Assembly: GCA_965219995.1 (NCBI GenBank)
Contig: CBDCOX010000002.1
Location: forward strand, 2,172,918-2,236,917
From: Candidatus Latescibacterota bacterium
GTDB lineage: Bacteria > Latescibacterota > UBA2968 > GCA-2709665
Length of the DNA: 64,000 bases
Direction of reading: 5' to 3'
Shown here one piece after another: positions 54,834 through 64,000 of the stretch (position 1 is the stretch's first letter; every line of letters begins with the position of its first letter). The notes beneath the pieces were generated by a model. The model was not told where the DNA came from, did no database searches, and saw only the letters and a list, made by a program, of their open reading frames with translations. A program made the position numbers and the translations under genes.

Positions 54834-56606
54834 TCATTTCTTTTGCGGACCCCGGGAATCTCCATTGCGTGTTTCGTCTCCCCGGTCTGAAGGCGTCGTT
54901 CCGCCGGCGGCTTCGGCGTCCGAATCGGACTGCGCGACGGCGCCCAGAAAGTCGCCCTTAAGGCTTTTCGACGCGATTTCCGCGAAGTCGGTCTGAGGAT
55001 AACTGTCCATCAGCCGCTGGTAATAGACCCGGGCGGTGTCCGGGTTTTCCAGACGGTTCGCGTAGGTCCAGGCGATGGTATAGAGGGCTTTAGCCGCAAC
55101 GGGGCTGTTCGGGTGATCCGACGAGAGTTGTTTGAGGACCTTCAGGAATCCGGACGGCGGAGCCCCCTCGCTGATCAGCGTTTCGGCCTCGAGAAAACTG
55201 GCTTTCGCCCTGGCGTCTTCTTCCAGCGACTTCGCCAGCCGCTGACGGGCGTTCACCGCGTAGGGATTGACGGGATACGCGTCGATCAGTTGCCGGAACG
55301 TCTTTTCGGCAGCATCCTGGTTTTTCAGGCTGTCCGCGTAAATCAGGCCGATGGCATAGAGTGCCTTTGGCGCCAGTTCGGCATCCAGACTGTCGGCGAT
55401 TCCGTAGGCTCTGCGGTAGGTCGCGAGCGCGGAGTCGGGTTCCGAAAAGTTGAACAGATACATCTCGGCCACATTGAAGAGCGCTTTCAGACCCTTCTTC
55501 TTGCCTTTGGCGGCCGCCTTCTGGTAACGAGCCAGCTTGCCAAGGTCCTTTTCCCGGTCTCGGGCCGCCCTGCCCGCATCGGACCCGGGATTTTCTTTTC
55601 GGGCGCTGGCGAAGAGTTCCTGCGCCTTTTCCAAATTCCGGTGCGTCCGCTGCGCCACCATCGCCAGGCGATAGTAAGCCTCGGCGCTGTACTCGGTCTT
55701 CGGGTTGTCCTTGATGACTTCATTGTAGATCTCATCGGCGGTTTCCTGCCGGCCCATCAGATGATATGCGTGCGCCCGTCTGAGATGCACGTTCGGCTCA
55801 TAGGATCTCAGGCTCTTGATCTTCAGAATGCGGTCGTACTCCGCCAGGACTTCGTCCAGTTTCCCCTGGCGCTCCAGAATTCGCCCGATCTGAAGGCGGG
55901 TCTCGTAATTGACTTTGTTTTTCGGCTTTGATTTAAGAACGCGCCTATACGCCGTAAGGGCTTCTTCGTACTGTTCCAGCCGAAACCTGGCGTTCCCGAT
56001 ACCCTCCCATATTTTCGCGGCGAGTCCTCGAGGCCTGCCCTTGAGCAGTTGTTGATATGCGTCGATGGCGGCGGCGTGATCGCCGGCTTCCGATTCCAGT
56101 TCCGCAAGCGCGAGCCGGGCCTTTCCCGAGAATTGCGGATCACCGCTTTCACCCACCTTCGCCAGCAAGGGCCGCGCTTCTTCGGGCCTTCCGACGGCCC
56201 AGAGCGAAAGCCCCTTCCAGTAGAAGCCTTCGGTAAGCAGCAGGCTCTGAGGAAAATTGTCCTGCAGCTCCTGGAACTTGGTGAGTGCATCCCGGTAGCT
56301 GCCCCGCCAGTAGAAGGCCTTGCCGATGAGCAACAGGCTGTCGTCAACCCACTTGCTTTCAGGATGCCGGTCGAGGACGATGGACGCCTTTCTTATGGCC
56401 CGCATGTAGAAATCGCGGTACCGGAATACCATCTGTCGGCTCTTCTGGCCGCTGGCGGCCACGTTCTCGGCTTCCTCTCTTTTGCGCTCGGCCTCCCGGT
56501 ACTGTTTCCGGGCGTTATAGAATGTGTTGTAATAGACACACCCGGAAATCAGGCTCACGGCGAACAGGACGACGCAGGGGATGAGGATTTTCCGGTTCGA
56601 ATTCAT
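54834..56606 (-). CDS. TPR-repeat lipoprotein (590 aa)
   Basis: Lipoprotein signal [23 protein letters not shown]; >10 TPR repeats; start overlaps carB stop (ATGA). Confidence 0.75.
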   Translation of the reverse strand: MNSNRKILIPCVVLFAVSLISGCVYYNTFYNARKQYREAERKREEAENVAASGQKSRQMVFRYRDFYMRAIRKASIVLDRHPESKWVDDSLLLIGKAFYWRGSYRDALTKFQELQDNFPQSLLLTEGFYWKGLSLWAVGRPEEARPLLAKVGESGDPQFSGKARLALAELESEAGDHAAAIDAYQQLLKGRPRGLAAKIWEGIGNARFRLEQYEEALTAYRRVLKSKPKNKVNYETRLQIGRILERQGKLDEVLAEYDRILKIKSLRSYEPNVHLRRAHAYHLMGRQETADEIYNEVIKDNPKTEYSAEAYYRLAMVAQRTHRNLEKAQELFASARKENPGSDAGRAARDREKDLGKLARYQKAAAKGKKKGLKALFNVAEMYLFNFSEPDSALATYRRAYGIADSLDAELAPKALYAIGLIYADSLKNQDAAEKTFRQLIDAYPVNPYAVNARQRLAKSLEEDARAKASFLEAETLISEGAPPSGFLKVLKQLSSDHPNSPVAAKALYTIAWTYANRLENPDTARVYYQRLMDSYPQTDFAEIASKSLKGDFLGAVAQSDSDAEAAGGTTPSDRGDETRNGDSRGPQKK

Positions 56607-58534
56607 GCGTTTTCACCCGCCTCCTTCCCGTGGAACTCCTGCAGAGAACGAATCCGGACCGCGCCGTTTTTCTTCAGGGACTCGATGCCGGACACCGCGG
56701 CCGAAGCGCCCGCCAGCGTGGTCGTGTACGGGATGCCGTATTGCAGCGTTGCCTGGCGAATCCTGTGATCGTCCGCCTGCGCGGCTTCTCCCGCCGGGGT
56801 GTTGACCATCAGGACGATCGACCTGTTCTTGATGGCGTCCAGAATATTGGGGCGGCCCTGCTGGATCTTGAGGATGGGTTCGGCGAGGATATCGTGCGCC
56901 ATCAGCCGGGCGTGGGTTCCACGGGTGGCGACAATCCGAAACCCGAGTTCCGCCAGCCGCCGGGCAACGGGTATCACGGCATCCTTGTCCCGGTCGTTGA
57001 CCGAGATGAAAACCGCGCCCGACGTGGGAAGCCGTACCCCTGCGCCGAACTGCGCCTTGTGGAAGCTCAGACCGAAGTCCGTATCGATGCCCATGACTTC
57101 GCCGGTGGACTTCATTTCGGGCCCCAGCAGGGTATCCACGCCCGGGAACTTGGCAAACGGCAAAACGGCTTCCTTTACAGCAATGTGATCGAAGACGACT
57201 TCGCCTGTCAACCCCTGTTCCCTGAGGGATCGGCCGACCATGGCCCGCGCCGCCACTTTCGCCAGCGGAATGCCGATCGTCTTCGAGACAAACGGCACGG
57301 TGCGGCTTGCCCGCGGGTTGACTTCGAGAATGTAGACCTGGTTGTCCTGAAGGGCGAACTGCACGTTCATCAACCCCACGACGTTCAGGGCGCCGGCCAG
57401 CGCGTGGGTGTGGGAACGGAGTTCATCGAGGTGTTCCACGGAGATGTCGTAGGGCGGCAGCACGCAGGCGCTGTCGCCGGAATGCACGCCCGCGCTCTCG
57501 ATATGCTGCATGATGCCTCCGATCACAACCGTCGTATCGTCCGCGACGGCGTCCACGTCGAACTCGTGCGCGTCTTCGAGAAAACGGTCGATGAGAATGG
57601 GATGCTCGGGCGAGGCCTGGATTGCCTTTTCCATGTAGCTGAGAAGCGCATTCCGCTCGTAGACGATGACCATGGCGCGCCCGCCGAGGACGTACGAGGG
57701 CCGTACAAGCACGGGATAGCCGATGTCGTCGGCCACGGCAACGGCTTCGTCCACGCTGGTGGCGGTTCCGTTATCGGGCTGCGTGATGCCGAGTTGCCTG
57801 ATCAGAGCGCCGAATCGCTTTCGGTCTTCGGCCAGATCGATGCTGTCCGGAGACGTCCCGATGATGTTGACGCCGCCGCGTTCCAGGTCGCGCGCGAGAT
57901 TCAGGGGAGTTTGCCCGCCAAGCTGCACGATCACGCCGTCGGGCTGTTCCAGATGCGCGATATTGAGCACGTCTTCGGCCGTGAGCGGCTCGAAATAGAG
58001 TTTGTCGGAGGTGTCGTAATCGGTGCTGACGGTTTCGGGGTTCGAGTTGACCATAATGGTCTCATAGCCGTCTTCCTTGAGCGCAAAAGCCGCATGCACG
58101 CAGCAGTAGTCGAACTCGATCCCCTGCCCGATGCGATTCGGGCCGCCGCCCAGGATCATGACTTTGGGCCGATCCGATCGCGTGGCCTCGTTTTCGTCTT
58201 CATACGTGGAATAGTGGTACGGCGTATACGCCTCGAACTCGGCGGCGCACGTATCGATGGTCTTGTAGACCGCGTGTATATTCATTTCCTTTCGGAGGGC
58301 CCTGACGGTCCATTCGCTGGTCGTCCACAGGTGGGCGAGCTGACGGTCGCTGAACCCGTATCGCTTGGCCTTGATCAGGTCGGCGCGATCCACACGGGTC
58401 CGCAGATCTTCGAGCGTTCGTTGTTTCCGGTGCATAGCGGCTGCCGGACTCGTTCGGGCGCCTGGAATCACGCGACGAGGTCCGCGAGCTCCTTTTCGTA
58501 GTCGGTGATCTGACGCAGGTTCTCGAGAAACCAC
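56603..58534 (-). CDS. carB: carbamoyl-phosphate synthase large subunit, C-terminal segment (frame-shifted relative to N-terminal segment)
   Basis: Homology to CarB second half begins at ...[19 protein letters not shown]...[14 protein letters not shown]...; first plausible ATG at 58435 ([11 protein letters not shown]); ORF frame open to 58534. Confidence 0.8.
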   Translation of the reverse strand: MVSREPASDHRLRKGARGPRRVIPGARTSPAAAMHRKQRTLEDLRTRVDRADLIKAKRYGFSDRQLAHLWTTSEWTVRALRKEMNIHAVYKTIDTCAAEFEAYTPYHYSTYEDENEATRSDRPKVMILGGGPNRIGQGIEFDYCCVHAAFALKEDGYETIMVNSNPETVSTDYDTSDKLYFEPLTAEDVLNIAHLEQPDGVIVQLGGQTPLNLARDLERGGVNIIGTSPDSIDLAEDRKRFGALIRQLGITQPDNGTATSVDEAVAVADDIGYPVLVRPSYVLGGRAMVIVYERNALLSYMEKAIQASPEHPILIDRFLEDAHEFDVDAVADDTTVVIGGIMQHIESAGVHSGDSACVLPPYDISVEHLDELRSHTHALAGALNVVGLMNVQFALQDNQVYILEVNPRASRTVPFVSKTIGIPLAKVAARAMVGRSLREQGLTGEVVFDHIAVKEAVLPFAKFPGVDTLLGPEMKSTGEVMGIDTDFGLSFHKAQFGAGVRLPTSGAVFISVNDRDKDAVIPVARRLAELGFRIVATRGTHARLMAHDILAEPILKIQQGRPNILDAIKNRSIVLMVNTPAGEAAQADDHRIRQATLQYGIPYTTTLAGASAAVSGIESLKKNGAVRIRSLQEFHGKEAGENA

Positions 58535-59916
58535 GGGTCGATTCCAGTCAGTTCGTAAAGCTCGGCCAGGGGCCAGTCCGCTTCCAGCGCGGCCTTGAGA
58601 TAGAAGATTCTCTGGGAATTGGGCACCCGCAGCCGGTGCTCGACCACGGCACGGTCCAGGGCGGGAATGGCCAGGTCCTTGCCGTCGGCCCCGAAGCCCC
58701 CGCGGCCGATTTCCAGGGACCGCAGTCCCTTCTGAAAGGCCTCTTTGAACGTCCGTCCGATGGCCATCGTTTCACCCACGGACTTCATCTGAGTCCCGAG
58801 GAGGTCTTCGGTCTGCGGGAACTTTTCGAAGGTCCACCGCGGAATCTTGACCACGCAGTAGTCTATGGTCGGCTCGAAAGAGGCCGGGGTTTCCCTGGTA
58901 ATGTCGTTCCGGATTTCGTCCAGTGTGTATCCAACGGCGAGTTTGGCCGCGATCTTCGCAATGGGAAATCCGGTGGCTTTCGAAGCCAGTGCGGAACTCC
59001 GGGAGACCCTGGGGTTCATTTCGATGATGACGATACGTCCGTCCCGAGGATTCAGTGCGAACTGAATATTGGACCCCCCCGTCTCCACGCCGATTTCCCG
59101 AATAACGGCGATAGACGCGTCACGCATGGCCTGGTACTCTTTGTCGGTCAGGGTCTGTGCGGGCGCCACGGTAATGGAATCGCCGGTATGAATTCCCATG
59201 GGGTCGAAATTCTCGATCGAACAGATAATGACCACGTTGTCTTTCAGATCGCGCATGACTTCCAGTTCGAACTCCTTCCACCCGATGATCGATTCTTCGA
59301 CCAGGATTTCGGTGGTGGGCGAGAGCTCCAGTCCGCGACCCGCGAGGTGTTCGTACTCTTCCGCATTATAGGCCGTGCCGCCGCCGGTGCCTCCTAGCGT
59401 GTAAGAGGGACGGATGATGGCGGGATAGCCTATTTCGGCAATCACGTCCCGGGCTTCTTCCGCACTGTGCGCAAACCTCCCCTTCGGAAACTCGACGCCG
59501 ATCCCGGCCATCGCGGCCTGGAATCGCTCCCTGTTCTCGGCCTTTTCGATGGCTTCGGCATTCGCGCCGATCATCTCTACATTGAATTCTTCCAGAACGC
59601 CCCCGTTGTAGAGATCCATGGCCACATTCAGGCCGGTCTGCCCGCCGAGTGTTGGAAGAAGCGCGTCCGGGCGCTCACGTTCGATAATGGCGGCACACAC
59701 TTCGGGCGCAACCGGTTCCACGTAGGTCCGGTCCGCCATTTCCGGATCGGTCATGATCGTGGCCGGATTGCTGTTCAACAGAACGACCGTGTATCCCTCT
59801 TCCTTGAGGGCTTTGCACGCCTGGGCGCCGGAATAGTCGAACTCGCACGCCTGGCCGATGACGATCGGCCCGGAACCGATGAGCATGATTTTCCGAATGT
59901 CGTTACGCCTGGGCAT
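58468..59916 (-). CDS. carB: carbamoyl-phosphate synthase large subunit, N-terminal segment
   Basis: [42 protein letters not shown]... near-identical to CarB N-terminus; ends with in-frame TGA inside the oligomerisation domain. Confidence 0.85.
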   Translation of the reverse strand: MPRRNDIRKIMLIGSGPIVIGQACEFDYSGAQACKALKEEGYTVVLLNSNPATIMTDPEMADRTYVEPVAPEVCAAIIERERPDALLPTLGGQTGLNVAMDLYNGGVLEEFNVEMIGANAEAIEKAENRERFQAAMAGIGVEFPKGRFAHSAEEARDVIAEIGYPAIIRPSYTLGGTGGGTAYNAEEYEHLAGRGLELSPTTEILVEESIIGWKEFELEVMRDLKDNVVIICSIENFDPMGIHTGDSITVAPAQTLTDKEYQAMRDASIAVIREIGVETGGSNIQFALNPRDGRIVIIEMNPRVSRSSALASKATGFPIAKIAAKLAVGYTLDEIRNDITRETPASFEPTIDYCVVKIPRWTFEKFPQTEDLLGTQMKSVGETMAIGRTFKEAFQKGLRSLEIGRGGFGADGKDLAIPALDRAVVEHRLRVPNSQRIFYLKAALEADWPLAELYELTGIDPWFLENLRQITDYEKELADLVA

Positions 59917-60008
59917 ATCCGCATCCTGCCCCTAAAAAAAACACCTGCGGCCGTCCTTGAAAACCGAGGATGATCGCAGGTAACGTGGAAGCGGTTTGTC
60001 GTACGCGT

Positions 60009-60536
60009 CTAGACATTTTGCAACAGAACCAGGTAGACCAGCAGAAGGATCAGGAGGAGCGTAACGGCAAAGCAGGTTTTCAGGAAGAGATCCTTCGCCC
60101 TGTTCCGGGGTGGGTGTTCGCCAATGGGCAGAGACGAGGCGGACGGTTTCGGGAGCGACCCCGAAAACCGCTCCTGTTCGATAAGCTGCTCCAGTTTTGG
60201 ATCGCACTCTCTGATGACCCGGAGGATCAGACGCTTGTTGCGGGCGGCCCGTTCGGCGTACCGCCCCCGGCGCGACGTGCGGGTTTCCGCATTGGGTATG
60301 AGAAGATCCGCGTCTTCCCTTGATCCCGAAGCGTCTTCGACCAGGCTGAGCGCACGCGCTCTGGCCAGCTGTTCCGTGAGTCTGCGGGTCTGTTTCCTGT
60401 CGTGGACGTTTTCCCGGATCACCCTTCCGCAGATGCCCACAAAGCGTTCCATATCCGCCCTGATTTCGCCTTCCGTGAGACCGGCGAGATAGGATTCTTC
60501 GATCATTTCGTCGATGCTGTCGCGAATGTCCGGCAT
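60009..60536 (-). CDS. hypothetical tail-anchored membrane protein (175 aa)
   Basis: Start MPDIRDSIDEMIEE 12 nt downstream of nnr stop; C-terminal TM FAVTLLLILLLVYLVLL; ORF extension to 60716 overlaps nnr. Confidence 0.4.
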   Translation of the reverse strand: MPDIRDSIDEMIEESYLAGLTEGEIRADMERFVGICGRVIRENVHDRKQTRRLTEQLARARALSLVEDASGSREDADLLIPNAETRTSRRGRYAERAARNKRLILRVIRECDPKLEQLIEQERFSGSLPKPSASSLPIGEHPPRNRAKDLFLKTCFAVTLLLILLLVYLVLLQNV

Positions 60537-60547
60537 TCGTCTGATTC

Positions 60548-62116
60548 TCAGTTTGGCGTGTGAAATCGTATGTACCGGTTCCGGTCCTCGCCTGTTTCGA
60601 TCACGCGGCGTGCGCCAGGGAGCGCCGAAGCGACGTCGCCCGCGATCATCCCGGCCTCGCCGGTGCGTTCCGCGCACAGGTCCCCGGCCAAACCATGGTA
60701 GTAGACGCCCAGGCATCCCGCCGTTTCGGTGTCGGCGCCCTGCGCGATCAGGGCCGCGAGAATCCCTGTGAGTACGTCTCCGGTGCCGCCCGAGGCCATG
60801 CCGGCGTTGCCGCTGGGATTGACGTACGCGCGGCCGTTCGGCGCAGCCACGACGGTTGGGGCGCCTTTGAGGATGACAGTGACGCCGGCCGCTCGAGCCA
60901 GCGTCCGCGCCGAACCGATGGGATCGGAACGAATGGCTTCGCTGTCAAGACCGGTGAGCCGGGCGAATTCCCCCGGGTGTGGCGTGACGACGGTTGGCGC
61001 AGCCCGATTTTCGAGAACTTCCGGTGCTCCGGCGAGCGCGTTGATGCCGTCGGCGTCCAGAACGAGCGGCGCTTTGATATCCTCAACGATCCGGCGCACC
61101 AGTTGTACGGTTTCGCGATGGGTGCCAAGGCCCGGCCCGAGCGCGACACAGTCGGCCTCCGCAACCAGTCTCCGGACGTCCCCGCGGGCGCGAAGGGCGA
61201 GGCAGCGGGGTTTTCGGACCTCGGGAAGCGGATGGGTCATTGCCTCCGTGAGCTTGACCTCGAGAATATCGTTCAGGCTCTCCGGAATGCCCACCCGAAC
61301 CAGCCCGGCGCCGCTCCTGAGCGCCCCCTGCGCCGATAACGCCGCAGCACCCGTGAGACCGGAAGAGCCGGCCAGAATGACGACCCGGCCGCAGTCACCC
61401 TTGTGGGCGTCGGGCCGTCTTCGGGGCAGCAGGGGCGCGCCCCCGTGCGCGGCGATGAGCCGGACGTTGACCTTCTCGGCGTTTACGGCCGCCTTCGGCA
61501 GACCGATGTCCGTACAGTAAAGGGTTCCGCAGAGGGACCGGCCCGGGTAGCGGAACTGCCCGATCTTGGGCAGACCGAAAGTCACCGTGCGGGATGCCGC
61601 GGCGCAGGGGCCCGCGACACGGCCAGTGTCGGCGTCCAGGCCCGACGGGACGTCGACGGCCAGGACCGGACAGGCTGCATCCCGAAGCGTTTCGATTGCG
61701 CCCGCAACGACTCCACGGGGGCCGCCGCGAATCCCCGTTCCGAGCAGGGCGTCTACGGCCGAAGACGCGCCGGAAAGCGCGGACCGGACTCGCACAAGAC
61801 CATCAGATTCCGGGATTTCGTGGATCTCAAGGCCGTTTTTCCGGGCCCTGTCCAGGTGTTGGCGCGCATCGCCCACAACCTGGTCGTCCGCGGCCAGCAG
61901 AAAAGCGGAAACCGACGCGCCGGCAGAGGCGGCGATGTCCGCGATCACAAATCCGTCCCCGCCGTTGTTGCCTTTCCCGCAGAGTACAACGATCTTTTTA
62001 CCCGGAAAACCGCCGACGAGGTCGTTCAGCACCCGGGCGCCCCCACGACCTGCGGACGCCATCAATTCCATACCGGCAACCCCGCGCTCGATGGCTCCGC
62101 GGTCGATGCGAGCCAT
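60548..62116 (-). CDS. nnr: bifunctional NAD(P)H-hydrate repair enzyme Nnr (YjeF N- and C-terminal domains)
   Basis: YjeF_N GKGNNGGDGFV and C-terminal carbohydrate-kinase-like GNAGMASGGTGDVLTG; start at MARIDRGAIE (ATG 62116) by alignment to Nnr N-termini; ORF open to 62374. Confidence 0.75.
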   Translation of the reverse strand: MARIDRGAIERGVAGMELMASAGRGGARVLNDLVGGFPGKKIVVLCGKGNNGGDGFVIADIAASAGASVSAFLLAADDQVVGDARQHLDRARKNGLEIHEIPESDGLVRVRSALSGASSAVDALLGTGIRGGPRGVVAGAIETLRDAACPVLAVDVPSGLDADTGRVAGPCAAASRTVTFGLPKIGQFRYPGRSLCGTLYCTDIGLPKAAVNAEKVNVRLIAAHGGAPLLPRRRPDAHKGDCGRVVILAGSSGLTGAAALSAQGALRSGAGLVRVGIPESLNDILEVKLTEAMTHPLPEVRKPRCLALRARGDVRRLVAEADCVALGPGLGTHRETVQLVRRIVEDIKAPLVLDADGINALAGAPEVLENRAAPTVVTPHPGEFARLTGLDSEAIRSDPIGSARTLARAAGVTVILKGAPTVVAAPNGRAYVNPSGNAGMASGGTGDVLTGILAALIAQGADTETAGCLGVYYHGLAGDLCAERTGEAGMIAGDVASALPGARRVIETGEDRNRYIRFHTPN

Positions 62117-62379
62117 CTGCGCGCCGGTTACGAGCCTGGCATGGACCTGGGGCACCGGGTCTCCTCGAGGGTGCTCATTATGGCAGGGAAAATCGATGAA
62201 AACCGTCGTTGATTCCCTGCCAATTCCGAACGCCTCAAACTCGCCTAAAAATACAGGAATTGGAAGGGCGGCGCAACCCCAAACTTGTATCGCGGAAACC
62301 GGCGAAGACGAACGATCAGAGGCGTCGAAACCGCGCGGTCCGGACGGTGGGGCTCGACCCGTTTCGAGAGACAAATCGC

Positions 62380-62409
62380 TTGACAGAAAGCGCCCGATTT
62401 CTGTTATTT
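62380..62409 (+). promoter_or_regulatory. putative sigma70 promoter for tRNA-Ser (TTGACA-N18-TTATTT)
   Basis: TTGACA 62380-62385, TTATTT 62404-62409, ~45 nt upstream of tRNA. Confidence 0.3.
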
Positions 62410-62453
62410 TTCCGGAGGATCGCCGCAGATTTCAGGCCCGCATCCATAGCGAC

Positions 62454-62542
62454 GGTGGGGTGACGGAGTGGTCGAACGTGGCGGTCTTGAAAACCGTTGA
62501 TCCTTACCGGATCCGTGGGTTCGAATCCCACCCCCACCGCCA
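62454..62542 (+). tRNA. tRNA-Ser (anticodon TGA)
   Basis: Acceptor GGTGGGG/CCCCACC, anticodon loop CTTGAAA, long variable arm, T-loop GTGGGTTCGAATCCCAC, discriminator G, encoded CCA. Confidence 0.85.
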
Positions 62543-62683
62543 GAAACGCACGATGGTCCGCGAGTCGCCCGTCGGCCAGGTACGTCGGAAAACAAGGGGT
62601 TGGATTCCATAGTGCAATGCCGGTTTTTCCTTGATTTTAACTACACGTTATGGTAGTATTAAACCCGATTGGATTTACGTTCC

Positions 62684-62776
<93 letters not shown>

Positions 62777-62845
62777 AAAAAACAAGCGCACGCCTGCTCT
62801 TCCTGACCACTGGCCACTGCCCACTAATCACTGCTACTGGTAACA

Positions 62846-64000
62846 ATGTCTGAACCGGTATTGCGATTCGCACCGTCGCCTACGGGCGGATTTCACGTGG
62901 GCAACGCCCGGACAGCGCTGTTCAACTATCTCTACATCCGGCAATACGGCGGCCGGCTGCATCTGCGTATCGAAGACACGGATCGCGACCGGTCCACCGA
63001 CGCCGCACTGAAGACGATCCTGGAAGGACTGGACTGGCTGGGGATTGCTTTCCACGGACGGCCGGCTTTTCAATCGCGTAACGCCGTGGCGCACGGCACA
63101 GCGGTGGATCGGCTCCTGGAAACCGGTCACGCGTATTACGCCTACGAGACACCGGAAGAGGTCCGCGCCATGCAGCAGCGGGCGCAGTCGGAGGGCAGGC
63201 GGGTCCGATACAACCGCGACGTAACACCCGAACAGTGTGCGGCCTTCGAGGCCGAGGGGCGGCCGAAGACGGTGCGCTTCAAGGTCCCTGAAGGCGAGAC
63301 GGTCTGGCGGGATCCCATCAGGGGCGTGCAGCGATGGGACAACCGCGAGGTTGAAGACTTCATCGTCCTGCGGGCGGATGGGTCTCCTATCTACCATCTT
63401 GCCGTGGTCGTCGACGATCATGATCTGGGCGTGACGCTGGTGATCCGCGGCGCCGAACACCTGTCCAATACGCCGAAGCAGGCCATGCTCTTTCAAGCGC
63501 TGGGATGGACCGCACCCGCATATGCGCATACGACGTTGCTCATGGGGCCGGACGGGAGGAAACTGAGCAAGCGCCTGGGCGCAACGACCGTCACGGAATA
63601 CCGGCAGCAGGGCATCCTGCCGGAAGCGTTGTTCAACTTCCTGGCGCTTCAGGGTTGGTCGCCGGGTGACGACCGGGAGGTATTCACCCGGGAGGAACTG
63701 GTTGACGCGTTTTCCGTTGCGGGCCTGCTCAGCAAGAACGCGGTGTTCGACGAACGGAAGCTTCTCTGGCTGAACGGCGAACACCTGCGGATGAAACCCG
63801 CTCCCGAACTCCTGCGTGCGGCGACAAGCCTGTGGATCGATGCGGAATGGATTACGGCGGAAGACGCGGAGACCCGGAGGGAGCGCCTGCTGAGGGCCGT
63901 GAAACTGATGCAGCCTCGCATCCGGACCGTACGGGATTTCCTGAACTACGAATACTTTTTCAACGATCCGGAAACGTACGAGACGAAAGCCCGGAAAAAA
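62846..64000 (+). CDS. gltX: glutamate--tRNA ligase, 5' part (continues beyond window)
   Basis: Hand-translated MSEPVLRFAPSPTGGFHVGNARTALFNYLYIRQYGGRLHLRIEDTD... HIGH-class signature; absent from ORF track only because no stop within window. Confidence 0.85.
   Translation, partial: MSEPVLRFAPSPTGGFHVGNARTALFNYLYIRQYGGRLHLRIEDTDRDRSTDAALKTILEGLDWLGIAFHGRPAFQSRNAVAHGTAVDRLLETGHAYYAYETPEEVRAMQQRAQSEGRRVRYNRDVTPEQCAAFEAEGRPKTVRFKVPEGETVWRDPIRGVQRWDNREVEDFIVLRADGSPIYHLAVVVDDHDLGVTLVIRGAEHLSNTPKQAMLFQALGWTAPAYAHTTLLMGPDGRKLSKRLGATTVTEYRQQGILPEALFNFLALQGWSPGDDREVFTREELVDAFSVAGLLSKNAVFDERKLLWLNGEHLRMKPAPELLRAATSLWIDAEWITAEDAETRRERLLRAVKLMQPRIRTVRDFLNYEYFFNDPETYETKARKK

Noticed and set aside
56630-58501. 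623-aa plus-strand ORF
   Set aside because: It is antisense to carB.
60560-62612. Multiple 260-350-aa plus-strand ORFs
   Set aside because: They are antisense to nnr and are Arg/Pro-rich high-GC artefacts. The real + strand features there are the two tRNA-Ser genes.
62834-63784. 316-aa minus-strand ORF
   Set aside because: It is antisense to gltX, whose HIGH-motif N-terminus is unambiguous on the + strand.

Overview
This is a 64-kb, high-GC bacterial chromosomal window, densely coded on both strands with about 50 supportable protein genes, 2 tRNA genes, and no CRISPR or rRNA. Several features point to an FCB-group lineage (Bacteroidota, Rhodothermota or Gemmatimonadota-like), which is an inference, not a database result. 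These are a 1371-aa secreted protein ending in a T9SS type-A C-terminal sorting domain, a TPR plus GWxTD-like protein, an SLBB lipoprotein, and a bacterial/archaeal-type myo-inositol-1-phosphate synthase. Housekeeping content: a two-gene pyruvate/2-oxoacid:ferredoxin oxidoreductase sits immediately upstream of a complete aceE-aceF-lpd pyruvate dehydrogenase operon. Also present are pyrK-pyrD, carB (interrupted by a frame change), thiI, thiL, a eukaryote-type hisA (His6), rpsA-arfB, nnr, two tRNA-Ser genes and the 5' part of gltX. Accessory content: a low-GC PIN/RHH toxin-antitoxin cassette with a near-consensus promoter, a copper P-type ATPase, an orphan RND permease, a LysM amidase, and a dockerin/YVTN beta-propeller protein. 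A lipoprotein built from about 30 tandem TCP10/G-box-like 9-residue repeats plus a CAP domain is also present. The most unusual region is a ~10 kb minus-strand envelope-stress locus (28.2-37.9 kb). It runs PspA - membrane protein - three paralogous single-pass PspB-like proteins interleaved with a non-phosphorylatable STAS protein - small membrane ORF - ECF sigma factor - NfeD/YqiJ - flotillin - TPR histidine kinase - sigma54-dependent response regulator. A near-consensus sigma54 -24/-12 element lies upstream of pspA. This looks like a rewired, expanded phage-shock/membrane-repair system and is the best candidate here for an undescribed system. A repeat-rich, MITE-like low-GC insertion sits in the ino1/lysR divergent promoter region. 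All functional calls come from motifs read in the translated ORFs; no searches were run.
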